Shown: positions 52,546 through 64,000 of the stretch, piece by piece
Layout: every line of letters starts with the position of its first letter
Numbering within the stretch: position 1 is the first letter of the stretch
Translations under genes and position numbers: made by a program
Assembly: GCF_036365525.1 (NCBI RefSeq)
Contig: NC_090388.1
Coordinates: forward strand, 22,072,587 to 22,136,586
DNA: 64,000 bases
Reading direction: 5' to 3'
From: Heterodontus francisci
Lineage: Eukaryota
Notes under the pieces: model-generated
Databases searched by the model: none
Seen by the model: only the letters and a program-made list of their open reading frames with translations
What the model was told of the DNA's origin: nothing

Positions 52546-53436
52546 GTAATTGCAGCAAGATATCTTTACTCCTGTGCTCAAATACTCTCGCAATAAAGGC
52601 CAACATACCATCTGCCTTCCTAATTGCTTGCTGCACCTGCATGTTAGCTTTCAGTGACTTATGAACAAAGACAGCCACGTCCCTTTGCACATCAACACTT
52701 CCCAAATTGTCACCATTTAAGCAATACTCTGCATTTCTGTTTTCCTACCAAAGTGGATAACTTCACATTTTTCACATTACATTCCATTTGCCCGGTTCTT
52801 GCCCACTCACTTAGCTTGTCTAAATCCCATTGAAGCCTCTTTGCATTCTCCTCACAACTCACATTCCCACGTAGTTTTCATCATCAGCAAACTTGGAAAT
52901 ATTACTATTGGTCCCCATGTCCAAATCATTTATATAGATTGTGAATAGCTGGGTACCAAACACTAATCCTTGCGGTAGCAGCCTACCAAGCTGGGAATGA
53001 CTTGTTTATTCCCTACTCTCTGTTTTCTGTCCGTTAACCAATTCTCAATCCTTGCCAGTATATTACCCTCAATCCCATGTGCTCTTATTTTGCTTACTAA
53101 CCTCCTGTGTGGGACCTTATCAAAAGCCTTCTGAAAATCCAAATACACCATCTCCACTGGTTCCCCCTTATCTCTTCTGTTATACGTCCTCAAAAACCCT
53201 AACAGATTTGTCAAACATTATTTCCCTTTCATAAATCCATGTTGGCTCTGCTCAATCCTACCATTATTTTCTAAGTGTCCAGTTATCACATTCTTTATAA
53301 TAGATTCTCGCATTTTCCCAACTACCGATGCCAAGCTAACAGGTCTGTAGTTCCCTGTTTTCTCTCTCCCTCCTTTCTTAAATAGTGGGGTTACATTTGC
53401 TACCTTCCAATCTGCAGGGGCTGTTCCAGAATCTAT

Positions 53437-54276
53437 TGCTACGGACAGGTGAGAAAGGTGTCTAGGGGTCTTTCTCAGCCTTCACCTGGTCTTATTGTAA
53501 CAAGGTTTTCATTTTAAACACATTGTGTTTTAAGCTCCCCCTTGGTGAATCCTTGTACACCACTTTCCAATTATAAGGCAAAGAAATGAGCACAACCAGG
53601 TTTTCTCAGGTTTAAAGAGGAAAAGTGAAATTTATTAAAACTTAAACCTAAACTCTAAGTCTGTTAACGCCTATGAATATATGCTGTGCCCCACGCTCGC
53701 ATGCGTACGCGATATGAACATGCAAATAGAGAAAGAAAAGAGCAGAAGAAAAATAGAGAGGTTTGAGGCAATATCAGAAGAGTTTCTTGTTACTGTACTT
53801 CGAGCTCACTGTAGTCCTTTTGTAGATAGTCTCGCTTTTCATTGGGGTCCAGTATTCTTCTTAAACCTTGTTCACTGTAAGAAACTTTTCTCTCTTTGGG
53901 TTCTTGTGTCTTCCATGGGTCTTCAGTTCCATGAGAAAGAGGTGGGAGCAGACAGGAGAGAGGTCTTTTCAGTCCAGGAGCAAACAGCTTTCTCAGTTTT
54001 AAAAATACTGTGGCAAGTTCAAATTCAAAAAAACTCCAACAGCCAGTTAGTCATGTGACTAAACTGGTCTGACCAGGTCTTCTGTGTATTGGAGAAGCAG
54101 GGACTGGTTCCTTTGTTCCAACACTGTTTGCTAGTATGCAAAAAAGGTCTTTCCGACTAGGGGCCTGGCAATTCCTTGTGATAGGCCCTCTTTTCTTCCC
54201 AGCAACAATTTTAAGTTTTAATGTTCATGTGGCAAAATTAATGTCTCATTCTTGGCAGTTGGGGGCATGCATGACA
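53437..54276 (-). mobile_element. Solo LTR
   Basis: TG...CA ends, 4-bp TSD CTAT (53433-53436 and 54277-54280), AATAAA on the minus strand at about 53631; interrupts a CR1 cleanly. Confidence 0.88.
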
Positions 54277-54520
54277 CTATAGAATTTTGGAAGATGACCA
54301 CCGACGCATCCATTATCTCTGCAGCCACCTCTTTCAGCACTCTGGGATGTAGATCATCAGGTCCAGGGGATTTATCAACTTTCTGTCCCTTTAATTTCTA
54401 CAGTACTACTTTTTTTTAACTACTACTAATCTCTTTCAGTTCTTCATTCTTACTAGTCCTTTAGTGCTCTAGTATTCCTGGGAGGTTGTTTGTATCTTCC
54501 TCTTTGAAGACAGACACAAA

Positions 54521-55189
54521 AGGCTGAATTTTACCCTGCCCCAGTTGGTTGGATAGTGGTGTGGGACCGGCCTAAAATTGAGCGGGAGGCTCCGGGAGGC
54601 TTTCCCACCCCGCTCCCACCTCCGGCCAACTTTCCAGCGGTCGGGCGGTGGGGGGAAATGGCCCACCTGCCTGAGGCCAATCAAGGCCCTCAAGTGGCCA
54701 CTTAACGGCCACTTAAGGGCCCTCGCCCATCTCCACGGGTATTTTACCCATGGCAAGCGGGAATGCAGGGGACGTGGAAGGTCGCCCAGCGATAGTTGTC
54801 AGCCTTTCCGCCTGCCGGGGAGGTGCCATGGCAATTGGGCACAGGGTGCCCGATTGAGGGCTGCCCCCACCTCCCAACCCACTCCCGGAACCCAAGACGC
54901 CCCCTTCCCCCCAAACGACCACCCTTGCCTCGCCGGGGTGCCCCTGATTCCCTCGGCGAGGCATCGAAAACCACCTTGGACCCTGGCTCCATGGCATCCT
55001 CCTCAGTCGGCTAGAATACAGTCCCAGCAGTGGCCACTGCTCTCGGTGGGTGGAAGTCTTGCCTCGGGATAATTAAAGCCCTGGTACCTGTAAAATGCAG
55101 GTCAGATCCCCGGGCTAGGCGGAAACAGGTTTGTCGCCGACTTTTACGTCGGCGGCAAAGTCCCATCCGCCTATGGTAAAATCCAGCCC
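54521..55189. mobile_element. Harbinger-type MITE
   Basis: TIRs AGGCTGAATTTTACC ... GGTAAAATCCAGCCC; 3-bp TSD AAA. Confidence 0.85.
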
Positions 55190-55607
55190 AAAGTATTTGT
55201 TTAGTTTCTCTGTCAGTTCCTTATTCCCCATTATAAATTCTCCTAACTCTGCCTGTTGTGGGACCACATTTGCCTTTGCTAATCTTTTCCTTTTTATATA
55301 CCTATAGAATCTTTTACAGTCCATTTTTATGTTTTTTGCTTGTTTATTTTTCATATTCTTTCTTTATCAGTTTCTTGGTCCTCCTTTGCTGAATTCTAAA
55401 ATGCTGCCAATCCTGAGGCTTACTCTTATGGCAACTTTATAAGCCTCTTCCTTTGATCTAATACATTCTTTAACTTCTCTTGTTAACCATGGTTGGATTA
55501 CCTTTCCTGCTGGGTTTTTGTGCCTCAAAGGAATATAAATTTGTCACAAATCATGTACTAATTCTTTAAATGCTAGCCATTGCCTGTCTACCATCATACC
55601 TTCTAAT

Positions 55608-56376
55608 ATAAAAGCAAAATACTGCAGATGCTGGAAATCTGAAACAAAAACAAGAAATGCTGGAATCACTCAGCAGGTCTGGCAGCATCTGTGGAAAGAG
55701 AAGCAGAGTTAACGTTTCGGGTCAGCGACCCTTCTTCAGAACTGACAAATATTAGAAAAGTCACAGATTATAAACAAGTGAGGTGGGGGTTGGGCAAGAG
55801 ATAACAAAGGAGAAGGTGCAGATTGGACCAGGCCACATAGCTGACCAAAAGGTCACGGAGCAAAGGCAAACAATATGTTAATGGTGTGTTGAAAGACAAA
55901 GCATTAGTACAGATTAGGCGTGAATATACTGAATATTGAACAGCAGCAAGTGCAAACCTGAAGAAAAACAACCTGAAAAAAACAGTGGGTAAGCAAACTG
56001 AACAAACTAAGATGAAATGAAATAAATGCAAAAAAGGATTGTAAAAAATGTAAAAAGGAATGTAAAAAAAAGGAAGAAAAAATAACTAAAAATGACTAAA
56101 AATGAAAGTAAAGTGGGGGGCTGTCATGCTCTGAACTTATTGAACTCAATGTTCAGTCCGGCAGGCTGTAGTGTGCCTAATCGGTAGATGAGATGCTGTT
56201 CCTCGAGCTTGCGTTGATGTTCACTGGAACACTGCAGCAATCCCAGGACAGAGATGTGAGCATGAGAGCAAGGGGGAGTGTTGAAATGGCAAGCAACCGG
56301 AAGCTCAGGGTCCTGCTTGCGGACTGAGCGGAGATGTTCCGCAAAGCGGTCACCCAGTCTGCGCTTGGTCTCCCCA
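55608..56376 (-). mobile_element. 5'-truncated Penelope-like element (GIY-YIG endonuclease C-terminus + pLTR)
   Basis: IGETKRRLGDRFAEHLRSV..PVACHFN..EQHLIYRLGTLQPAGLN; 15-bp TSD ATCATACCTTCTAAT (55593-55607 and 56377-56391). Confidence 0.93.
55707..55743 (-). ncRNA. Minimal type I hammerhead ribozyme (Penelope-associated)
   Basis: Reads AGTT-CTGAAGA-A-GGGTC-GCT-GACCC-GAAA-CG-TT-AACT: core CUGANGA and GAAA, stem I AGTT/AACT, stem II of 5 bp, palindromic stem III. Confidence 0.75.
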
Positions 56377-58261
56377 ATCATACCTTCTAATGTAGTTTCC
56401 AAGTCTACCATAGCCAATTTGCACCTCATACCTTTGTAGTTTCCTTTGTTTAGATTTAAGACCCTAGTTTCGGATTGAACTACATTACTTTCAAATTTAA
56501 TGTAAAATTCTATCATATTTTGGCCACACTTCCTTAGAGGCTCCTTTACAATGAGATTATTAATCAGCCCTTTCTCATTGCACAATACTAGATCTAAAAT
56601 AGCCCATTCTTTAGTCGGTTCGCCAAAATTCTGTTTGAAGAAAACCAACTTGTATACATTCCAGGAATTCGTTCTCCACAGTAATAATGCTATTTAGTTC
56701 CTCTGCTAGTCCCTTATTCCTGATTAGTGCTCATTAGATTTATCCAGTCTATATGTAGATTGAATTCCCCATGATTACTGTATTCCCCTTGTTACATGCA
56801 CCTTTATTTTCCTGATTTATACCATGCCCGACATTACCAACTCCTACCAACGTTTGCTGCCTCTTGCTGTTTGTTAGCTCCACCCAAACTGATTCTACAT
56901 GATGATCTTCCGATCTAAGATCCTCTCTCAGTAATGTACTGATCTCATCCTTTATTAGCAGTGCTACCCCACCTCCTTTTCCTTTTTGCCTATCCTTCCT
57001 AAATGTCAAATACCCTTGGATATTCAGTTCCCAGCCTTGGTCACCCTGCAGCCATATCTCCATAATGGCAATTAGGCCATATCTGTTTACTTTCATTTGT
57101 GCCGTCAATTCATCTACCTTGTTGTGAATGCTGTGTGCATTCTCGTCGAGTGCCTTTAATTCTGTCTTTTTCTTATTTTCGCAAGCTCTTGCCTTATCTG
57201 CTGGCACACTTTTAGGTTTTTACACTCTGTCCCTTCCTGCCACACTCAGATTATCAATTCCCTTATTGCTACCTTGCTCTCTTTCCTTTTTCTCTCTCTT
57301 TAATTTATCATATCTTCCCTCACTTGATCCCTCGCCCCCACTATTTAGTTTAAAGTCCTCTCTACTGCCCGAGTTATATGATTCACCTGAACACTAGTCC
57401 CAGCATAGTTCAGGTGAAGACCGTCCCAACGGTACAGCTCCCACTTTCCCCAGTACTGGTGCCAGTGCTCCATGAATCAAAACCCTTTTCTCCCACACCA
57501 ATCTTTCAGCCACACATTTAACTCTGTAATTTTATTTACCCTACTCCAATTTGCTTGTGGCTCAGGTAATAATCCAGAGATTATTATCTTTGAGATTCGG
57601 CTTTTAATTTCTCATTAATTGCTCATACTCTCTAAGCAGACCCTCTTTTATAGTCTTACCTATGCTGTTGGTACCTACGTAGACCATGACAACTGGTTTC
57701 TCTCCCTCCCTCTGCAAGTTCCTCTCCAGCCCAGAGCAGATGTCCCAAACCCTGGTGTCAGGCTGGCAACACAACCTTCTGGACTCTCGCTCTCAGCTGC
57801 AGAGAACTGTTTCTATCCCCCGACTATACCGTGCCCTACTACCATTACTTGCCTATTAATGTCCCTGCTTGAATGGCTTCCTGTGCCACAATACCACGGT
57901 CAGTTCACTCATCCACCTTGCAACCCCCGCTTTCGTCCATACAGGCTGCAAGAACCTCGAACCTGTTGGATAATTGCAAGGGCTGAGGCTCCTCCACTTC
58001 TACCTTCTCAATCCCCATAACTGTCTCACTAGCAGTCACACCCTCCTTTCTCTGACCATGAACCAAATCAGACAACCTTATCCTAAGGGATGTGACCGCC
58101 TCCTGGAACAACCACCTGGCAAAGTTTGCCCAGGTATGCCTTGCCCACAAAATGGAGAACAAGTCCAATATGGCCAATTATCGCCCACCAGTCTACTCTC
58201 AATCACTAATAAAGTGATGGAAGGTCTTGTCGACAATGCCATCAAGTGACACTTACTCACC

Positions 58262-59558
58262 AGGTATAATAGGCTTAATTAGGTAGAATTAATACATTAT
58301 ACCTTTTAGAATTAAAGATTGAATAAATGGTCAGTTTTCAAGACTCACTGAAATTCTCTTTAAGGGCAGAGTTAAAAATCCATGAACATCCCTGTTACAA
58401 GGATGTACCAGAAACATTCATGGTTCATACTGATAACTTTAATCCTAATTAGTTGATGATATTAATGATATAGTCAGAGTGACTTAAGGAGATGGTACAA
58501 GGTGCCATCAAAGAACCATCACAGATGATCAATCACAAAATGGAATGTTACCTACAAAACACAGATGCCACGTAAACCCAATCTAACCCAAAAAGGAAAA
58601 AACAGTTACTACACAAATTTAATTATAAATCTTTTAAGTATAAAACACATTTATAAAGTTAAGTCTTAGTGTTACTATAAAGCACTACAAATATTTTGAC
58701 CAGATAAAAGCTCACAACTTCATGAGAGGGGAATTCGCAGCAGATAATTAATTGGGAATAAGTAGCTAATGATATTAACATATATGGATAACAAAAGTGG
58801 GGAAAAACACACACAGAAAGGTAACACCTACATTCCAAAAGATGAGTTAATAGATTAGAAACAGTATAAATGTGAAAGTTTTGAATCGAAAAATCAGAGG
58901 TATTGAAATTCCTCATCAATGCTTCTCAGCCTATGGTAAGAACATCTGACAGCATGACAAGAGAATTCGGCTCTTAACTGAGAGTGTTTTGTCTTGTTAA
59001 GCAGGAGACTTACTCGGGGAATTTAAGGTAACAGTTTACTTCGAATTTTGATGAATATTCTAAGATATTTTGCTGTAACATTGTCAAGGTTGAACTTTTG
59101 GATTCTATTTTAGAAATAAGCTTATGTTTTACATCTTAGTAATCTTTGATATTGTAGTATACTTATCCACTTAAAAGTGTATTGCATGTTAAATTATTTA
59201 ATAAATATATAAAAGTTAATAAATCATTGCATGTAGCATTCTGTACACAACTACAAAGACCCCCCCCCCCCATGTCTCTTTAAGTGGAGAGATACGTATT
59301 GAAGAGAGTTTCCCAGATCCTTATAATATCTGTGATATTTATGACATGGCCATAATTATTTTTTAAATTGGCCATCCGAAAAATGGTAATATTCTCTGTT
59401 AGTTTTCTTTCTTTGAGGGAAAACTAGTTTAATTCTTTGGACCCAAATAAGCATCTATAGGAGTTTGTCTGGTTTGGACTTAATTAATGGAGATTGATAG
59501 GGATGTACTCCTGATTTGGTTTAGTCCCTAAAAGGGGTTAAAGTCATAAATCACTTCA
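58262..59558 (-). mobile_element. AT-rich insertion, possibly a very degraded L1/Tx1 3' end
   Basis: Splits the host LINE between cacttactcacca and aatagcctgctcacc; only weak protein remnants (CLFGSKEL, EEFQY). Confidence 0.35.
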
Positions 59559-59835
59559 CAATAGCCTGCTCACCAATACTCAGTTTGGGTTCCACTAGGA
59601 CCATTCAGTTCCAGACTTCATTAAAGCCAAAACATGGACAAAAGAGCTGAATTCTAGAGGCGAGGAGAGAATGGCTGCCCTTGGCATCAAGGCAGCATTT
59701 GACCAAATACCACTACCCTCTGCCTCCAATTGTGTAGCCAATTACATATCCAAGTTACCATCCCTTTAATATCATGTGCTTCTATTTTATGAATATGTCC
59801 TTCATATGGAACTTTTTGAAACGCCATTTGAAAGA

Positions 59836-59838
<3 letters not shown>

Positions 59839-59868
<30 letters not shown>
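59839..59868 (+). repeat. (TA)n microsatellite
   Basis: Direct inspection. Confidence 0.95.
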
Positions 59869-59869
<1 letters not shown>

Positions 59870-59999
59870 GTCTACTGCACTGCCTTCATCAACGCATTCA
59901 TTCCATTACTTCATCAAAGTCTGCTTAGCAAAAGTCCCAAATCTCTTCCTGTGATGTCATTCTTTCTATTAATGTTAGTTAAGTTATATTTAAATGTTG

Positions 60000-60715
60000 A
60001 GTTCACAGAATCATTACAGTGCAGAAGGAGGCCATTCGGCCCATCGTGTCCACACTGGCTCTCCCAAAGAGCAATTCCCTCAGTTCCATTTCCCTGCCTT
60101 CTCCCCATAACCTTGCACATTCTTCCTTGTCATATAACTGTCTAATTCCTTTTTGAATGCTTCAATTGAACCTGCCTCCCTCACGTTCTCAGGCAACACA
60201 TTCCAGTCCTTAACCACTCGCTGTGTGAAAAAGATTTTCCTCATGTCACTTTGCCAAATACTTTAAATCTGTGCCATCATTCTTAATCCTTTCTGCTCTG
60301 CCCAGACCCCTCATGATTTTGAATTCCTCTATCAAATCACCTCTCAGCCTTCTCTTCTCCAAGGAAAACAGTCCTAACTTCTCCAATCTATCTACATAAC
60401 TGAAATTCCTCATCCCTGGAACCATTCTCATGAATCTTTTCTGTACTCTCTCCAATGCCCTCACATCTTTCCTAAAGTGTGGCACCCAGAACGAGGCACA
60501 ATACTCCATCTGAGGTCGAACTAGTGTCTAATACAAGTTCAACATCCTCTTCCTTGGTAAAGACAGATGCAAAGTATTCATTTAATACCTCAGCTATGCC
60601 CTCTGCCTCCATGTGTAAGTCCTCTTTCTGGTCCATTATCTGCCCCACTCCTCCTTTTACCACCCTTTTACTATTTATATGCCTATAGGAAAGTTTGGGA
60701 TTTCCTTTAATGCTA
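60000..60715 (-). mobile_element. CR1 LINE fragments
   Basis: EYCASFWVPHFRKDV and AEVLNEYFASVFTKE. Confidence 0.88.
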
Positions 60716-60789
60716 GAGTTCATATTCTTTTATCCATTCTACAAGCTGAAACAGGCCCAAGACCCAATGGCCAACTAGACACACAGACC

Positions 60790-62100
60790 ATAGAGTCATA
60801 GAGTTACACAGCACAGAAACAGGCCCTTCAGCCCATCGTGTCTGTGCCGGCCATCAAGCACCTAACTTCTAATCCCATTTTCCAGCACTTGGCCCGTAGC
60901 CTTGTATGCGGTGGCATTTCAAGTGCTCATCTAAATACTTCTTAAATATTGTGAGGGTTCCTGCCTCCACCACCACTTCAGGCAGTGTATTCCAGATTCC
61001 AACCACCCTCTGGGTGAAAAAAGTTTTCCTCAAATCCCCTCTAAACCTCCTGCTCCTTACCTTAAATCTATGCCCCCTGGTTATTGACACTGCCGCTAAG
61101 GGAAAAAGTCTCTTCCTATCTAACCTATCAATGCCCCTCATAAATTTGTATACCTCAATCATGTCCCCCCTCATCCTTCTCTGTTCTAAGGAAAACAACC
61201 CTCGCCTTTTCAGTCTCTCTTCATAGCTGAAATGCTCCAGCCCAGGCAACATCCTGGTGAATCTCCTCTGTACCCTCTCCAGTACAATCACATTCTTCCT
61301 ATAGTGTGGTGCCCAGAACTGTACACAGTACTCCAGCTGTGGCTTAACTAGCATTTTATACAGCTCCATCATAACCTCCCTGTTCTTATTTTCTGTGCCT
61401 CGGCTAATAAAGGCAAGTATCCCATATGCCTTCCTAACCACCTTTATCTACCTGTGATGTTGCCTTCAGTGGTCTATGGACAAGTACACCAAGGTCCCTC
61501 TGTACTTCCTAGGTTCCTACCATCCATTGTATATTCCCTTGCCTTGTTAGTCCTCCCAAAATGCATCACCTCACACTTCTCAGGATTAAATTCCATTTGC
61601 CACAGCTCCGCCCATCTTACCAGCCCATAGGGCGGCACAGTGGCGCAGTGGTTAGCACCGCAGCCTCACAGCTCCAGGGACCCGGGTTCGATTCTGGGTA
61701 CTGCCTGTGTGGAGTTTGCAAGTTCTCCCTGTGTCTGCGTGGGTTTTCTCCGGGTGCTCCGGTTTCCTCCCACAAGCCAAAAGACTTGCAGGTTGGTAGG
61801 TAAATTGGCCATTATAAATTGTCACTAGTATAGGTAGGTGGTAGGGAAATACAGGGACAGGTGGGGATGCTTGGTAGGAATATGGGATTAATGTAGGATT
61901 AGTATAAATGGGTGGTTGATGGTCGGCACAGACTCGGTGGGCCGAAGGGCCTGTTTCAGTGCTGTATCTCTAATCTAATCTAAATCATCCTGTAATCTGA
62001 GGCTTTCCTCCTCACTATTTACGAAATCACAAATTTTCGTGTCATCTGCGAACTTACTTATCATACCTCCGATAGTCACGTCTAAATCATTAATGTACAG
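60790..62100 (-). mobile_element. CR1 (HER1-like) LINE 3' end interrupted by a SINE
   Basis: 190-aa ORF2 C-terminus ([26 protein letters not shown]); tail shared with HE1 SINEs. Confidence 0.92.
61630..61985 (+). mobile_element. HE1-type V-SINE, full length
   Basis: A box TGGCGCAGTGG, B box GGTTCGATTCT, V core, (TCTAA)n tail. Confidence 0.93.
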
Positions 62101-62324
62101 AGTTTAAAACAAGTGAAGTTTAGTCACCCACAACAGTAGTGTCTCTTTAAGTGCAGCAATGAACAAAACAGTAAAAAAAGTGGGATTACTTTCCAGCATA
62201 CATCTCACTTTCAACATTGTCCTTTCCTCCACTGAACTATTTCCCTGCCTTTTACCTTTCCAGGCTGGGCATTGTTCCTGATTAAAGGCAATTAAGGTCA
62301 ACAATCACTTAAAGCTGTACTGCC

Positions 62325-63400
62325 TTGACATTTTTGTGGCCTGGAGGGGCCTGTGTTTCACATCTATGTGGAATGTATGAGGTTGCAGCCTATGTTACCT
62401 ATCTGAGGAGCTGCACCTCAATTTCTGGCTGCACTTCAGTCCCATGCTCCTGATTTTTGGCCAACTGGTATGGAGGGGAGTAGGCAGATTGGAGGACCTC
62501 CTCTTGGGACTGCTCCTGGGCCTGACCACGGTGGCAATCAACAGGTCCAGGCAGTGGGTGATTGAGGGGGTTGGTCTGCCTGACTGCCTGCCTCTCTTCT
62601 GTGGCTGTGTCAGCGCCCGGGTGTCCCTGGAGAGGGAGCATGTGGTATCTGCTGGTACACTTCAAACCTTCTGTGACCGGTGGGCACGGGGGGGCAGTGC
62701 TGTGGGGACGGGGGGTGGGGGGTGGTGAAGTACATCATCACCCCAGGTAATGCCACTTCAATCTGATTAGTTAAGTTTCCTTTAAAGTTTTTGTTTTTTG
62801 TTACAGTATATTTAGTGGCAACCCTTTTCAGAAGGGGCACTTAATTCCTCTTTATTAACAGCCCTCTGGATCAAAACAGATATGGAGCCTTGCCATTTTT
62901 GCGGCCTGGAGGGGTCCATGTTTCACATTTATGTAGGATGTGTGTGGTTGCAGCCCCTCTTTGATTATCTGAGGGCATTGCTCCTTAATTTCTGGCTGCA
63001 CTGCAGTCTCATACTCCTGATTTTTGGCTACCCGTTGCAGAGGAGAGCCGGCAGATCAGAGAACCTCCTCATGGGACTGCTCCTGGACCTAACCAAGGTG
63101 ACCATCAACAGCTTCAGGCAGTGGGTGGTCAAGGGGGCCATTCTACCCAATTGCCTACCTCTCTTCTGCGGCAATGTCCATGCTTGTGTGTCCCTGGAGA
63201 GGGAGCACATGGTGTCAATGAGTACACTTGAGGCCTTCCATGACTGGTCAGCACCAGGAGGACTGGAGTGCATCTTCACCCCTGGAAATGTTACCTTAAC
63301 TTGATTAACTAAGTTTCCTTTTAAAGATTTTAGTTTTTGGTACAGTGTATTAGTGGTTCCAGTTCCTCTTTATTGGCCACCTACTGGTTGGATCAAAAGA
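62325..63400 (+). mobile_element. Two tandem diverged copies of a Tx1/L1-like ORF2 C-terminus
   Basis: CHFCGLEGSMFHIYVGC zinc finger, LNFWLH..LLIFG and VSLEREH, each present in both units. Confidence 0.8.
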
Positions 63401-63489
63401 GGCATACAGCCTTGCCTTGGTCATTCCAACATTTTGTACAACTTCTTAAAGCTGTAACCCGAGTCTGGTTATGCTTAGAATGGAGAAGT

Positions 63490-64000
63490 CACCTGATCCG
63501 GATGGCTTGCATCCCAGGTTGCTGAAGGAAGTGGAAGATGGAGAAAGGGCTTGCCATAATCTTCCAATCTTCCCTGGTTATGGGGAAGGTGCCAGAGGAT
63601 TGGAGAGTGGCAAATGTGACGCCCTTATTCAAGAAGAGGTGTAAGGACAATCTGAGTAACTACAAGTTGGTCAGTTTAACATCAGTAGTGGGTAAGGTTT
63701 TAGAAAAAATAATCAGGGGAAAAAATCAGCAGGCACTTGGAGAGGTTTCAGCTCATTAAGGGGAGCCAGCACAGGTTTGTAAAAAGCAGATTGTGCTTGA
63801 CTGAACTAATAGAATTTTTTGATGAACTAACAGAGAAGGTTGATGAAGGAAATGCATTAGATGTTGTCTATATGGATTTTAAGAAAGAATTTGACAAAGT
63901 ACCACATAAAAGGCTGGTTAACAAAATTGAGGCTCATGGATAGGAGGGTCAGTGTCAGTTTGGTAAAAAAAATTAGCTTAAGAACAGAAAACAGTGAGTC
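63490..64000 (+). mobile_element. CR1 RT fragment running off the window edge
   Basis: VPEDWRVANVTPLFKK..YMDFKKEFDKVPH. Confidence 0.92.

Larger units (their letters stand above)
48280..58110 (-). mobile_element. Near full-length decayed CR1 LINE hosting four younger insertions
   Basis: 3' tail at 48280, RT at 52545-53430, APE at 56400-57170 and ORF1 at 57370-58110, all on the minus strand. Confidence 0.9.

Noticed and set aside
56124-56648. 174-aa ORF that appears to fuse an APE endonuclease end to a GIY-YIG nuclease
   Set aside because: Chance in-frame junction where Penelope inserted into a CR1; the TSD marks the boundary, and both domains are partial.
1-64000. CRISPR arrays, operons or prokaryotic defence systems
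   Set aside because: Vertebrate intron and TE landscape; no regularly spaced repeat-spacer array seen.

Overview
Repeat-dense eukaryotic (vertebrate) DNA, almost certainly from a shark or other elasmobranch, judged from HE1-type V-SINEs, SacSINE1/DeuSINE-like SINEs and shark-style CR1 and Penelope elements. The only host gene I can support is the 5' half of a carboxypeptidase M-like gene (M14B metallocarboxypeptidase) on the minus strand. It has three in-phase coding exons (34504-34669, 14550-14647, 2876-3054) and continues beyond the left edge; a probable promoter lies near 35.0-35.1 kb. The rest is largely nested transposable elements: many CR1 LINEs, Tx1/L1-like 3' fragments, Penelope-like elements, a decayed two-gene PIF/Harbinger element split by a hAT element (8-bp TSD), Harbinger-type MITEs and a solo LTR. 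The most interesting observations are: (i) a minimal type I hammerhead ribozyme with an intact core in a Penelope terminus (55707-55743), plus degenerate copies and a palindromic Penelope insertion in the CPM intron; (ii) an apparent extended target-site preference of the Harbinger MITEs; (iii) a three-copy hAT-bounded element with an unidentified ~1.7 kb interior; (iv) an unexplained coiled-coil ORF remnant facing away from the CPM promoter. I found no convincing wholly new biological system. Alignments were done by eye, so repeat boundaries are approximate unless a TSD or TIR is quoted.
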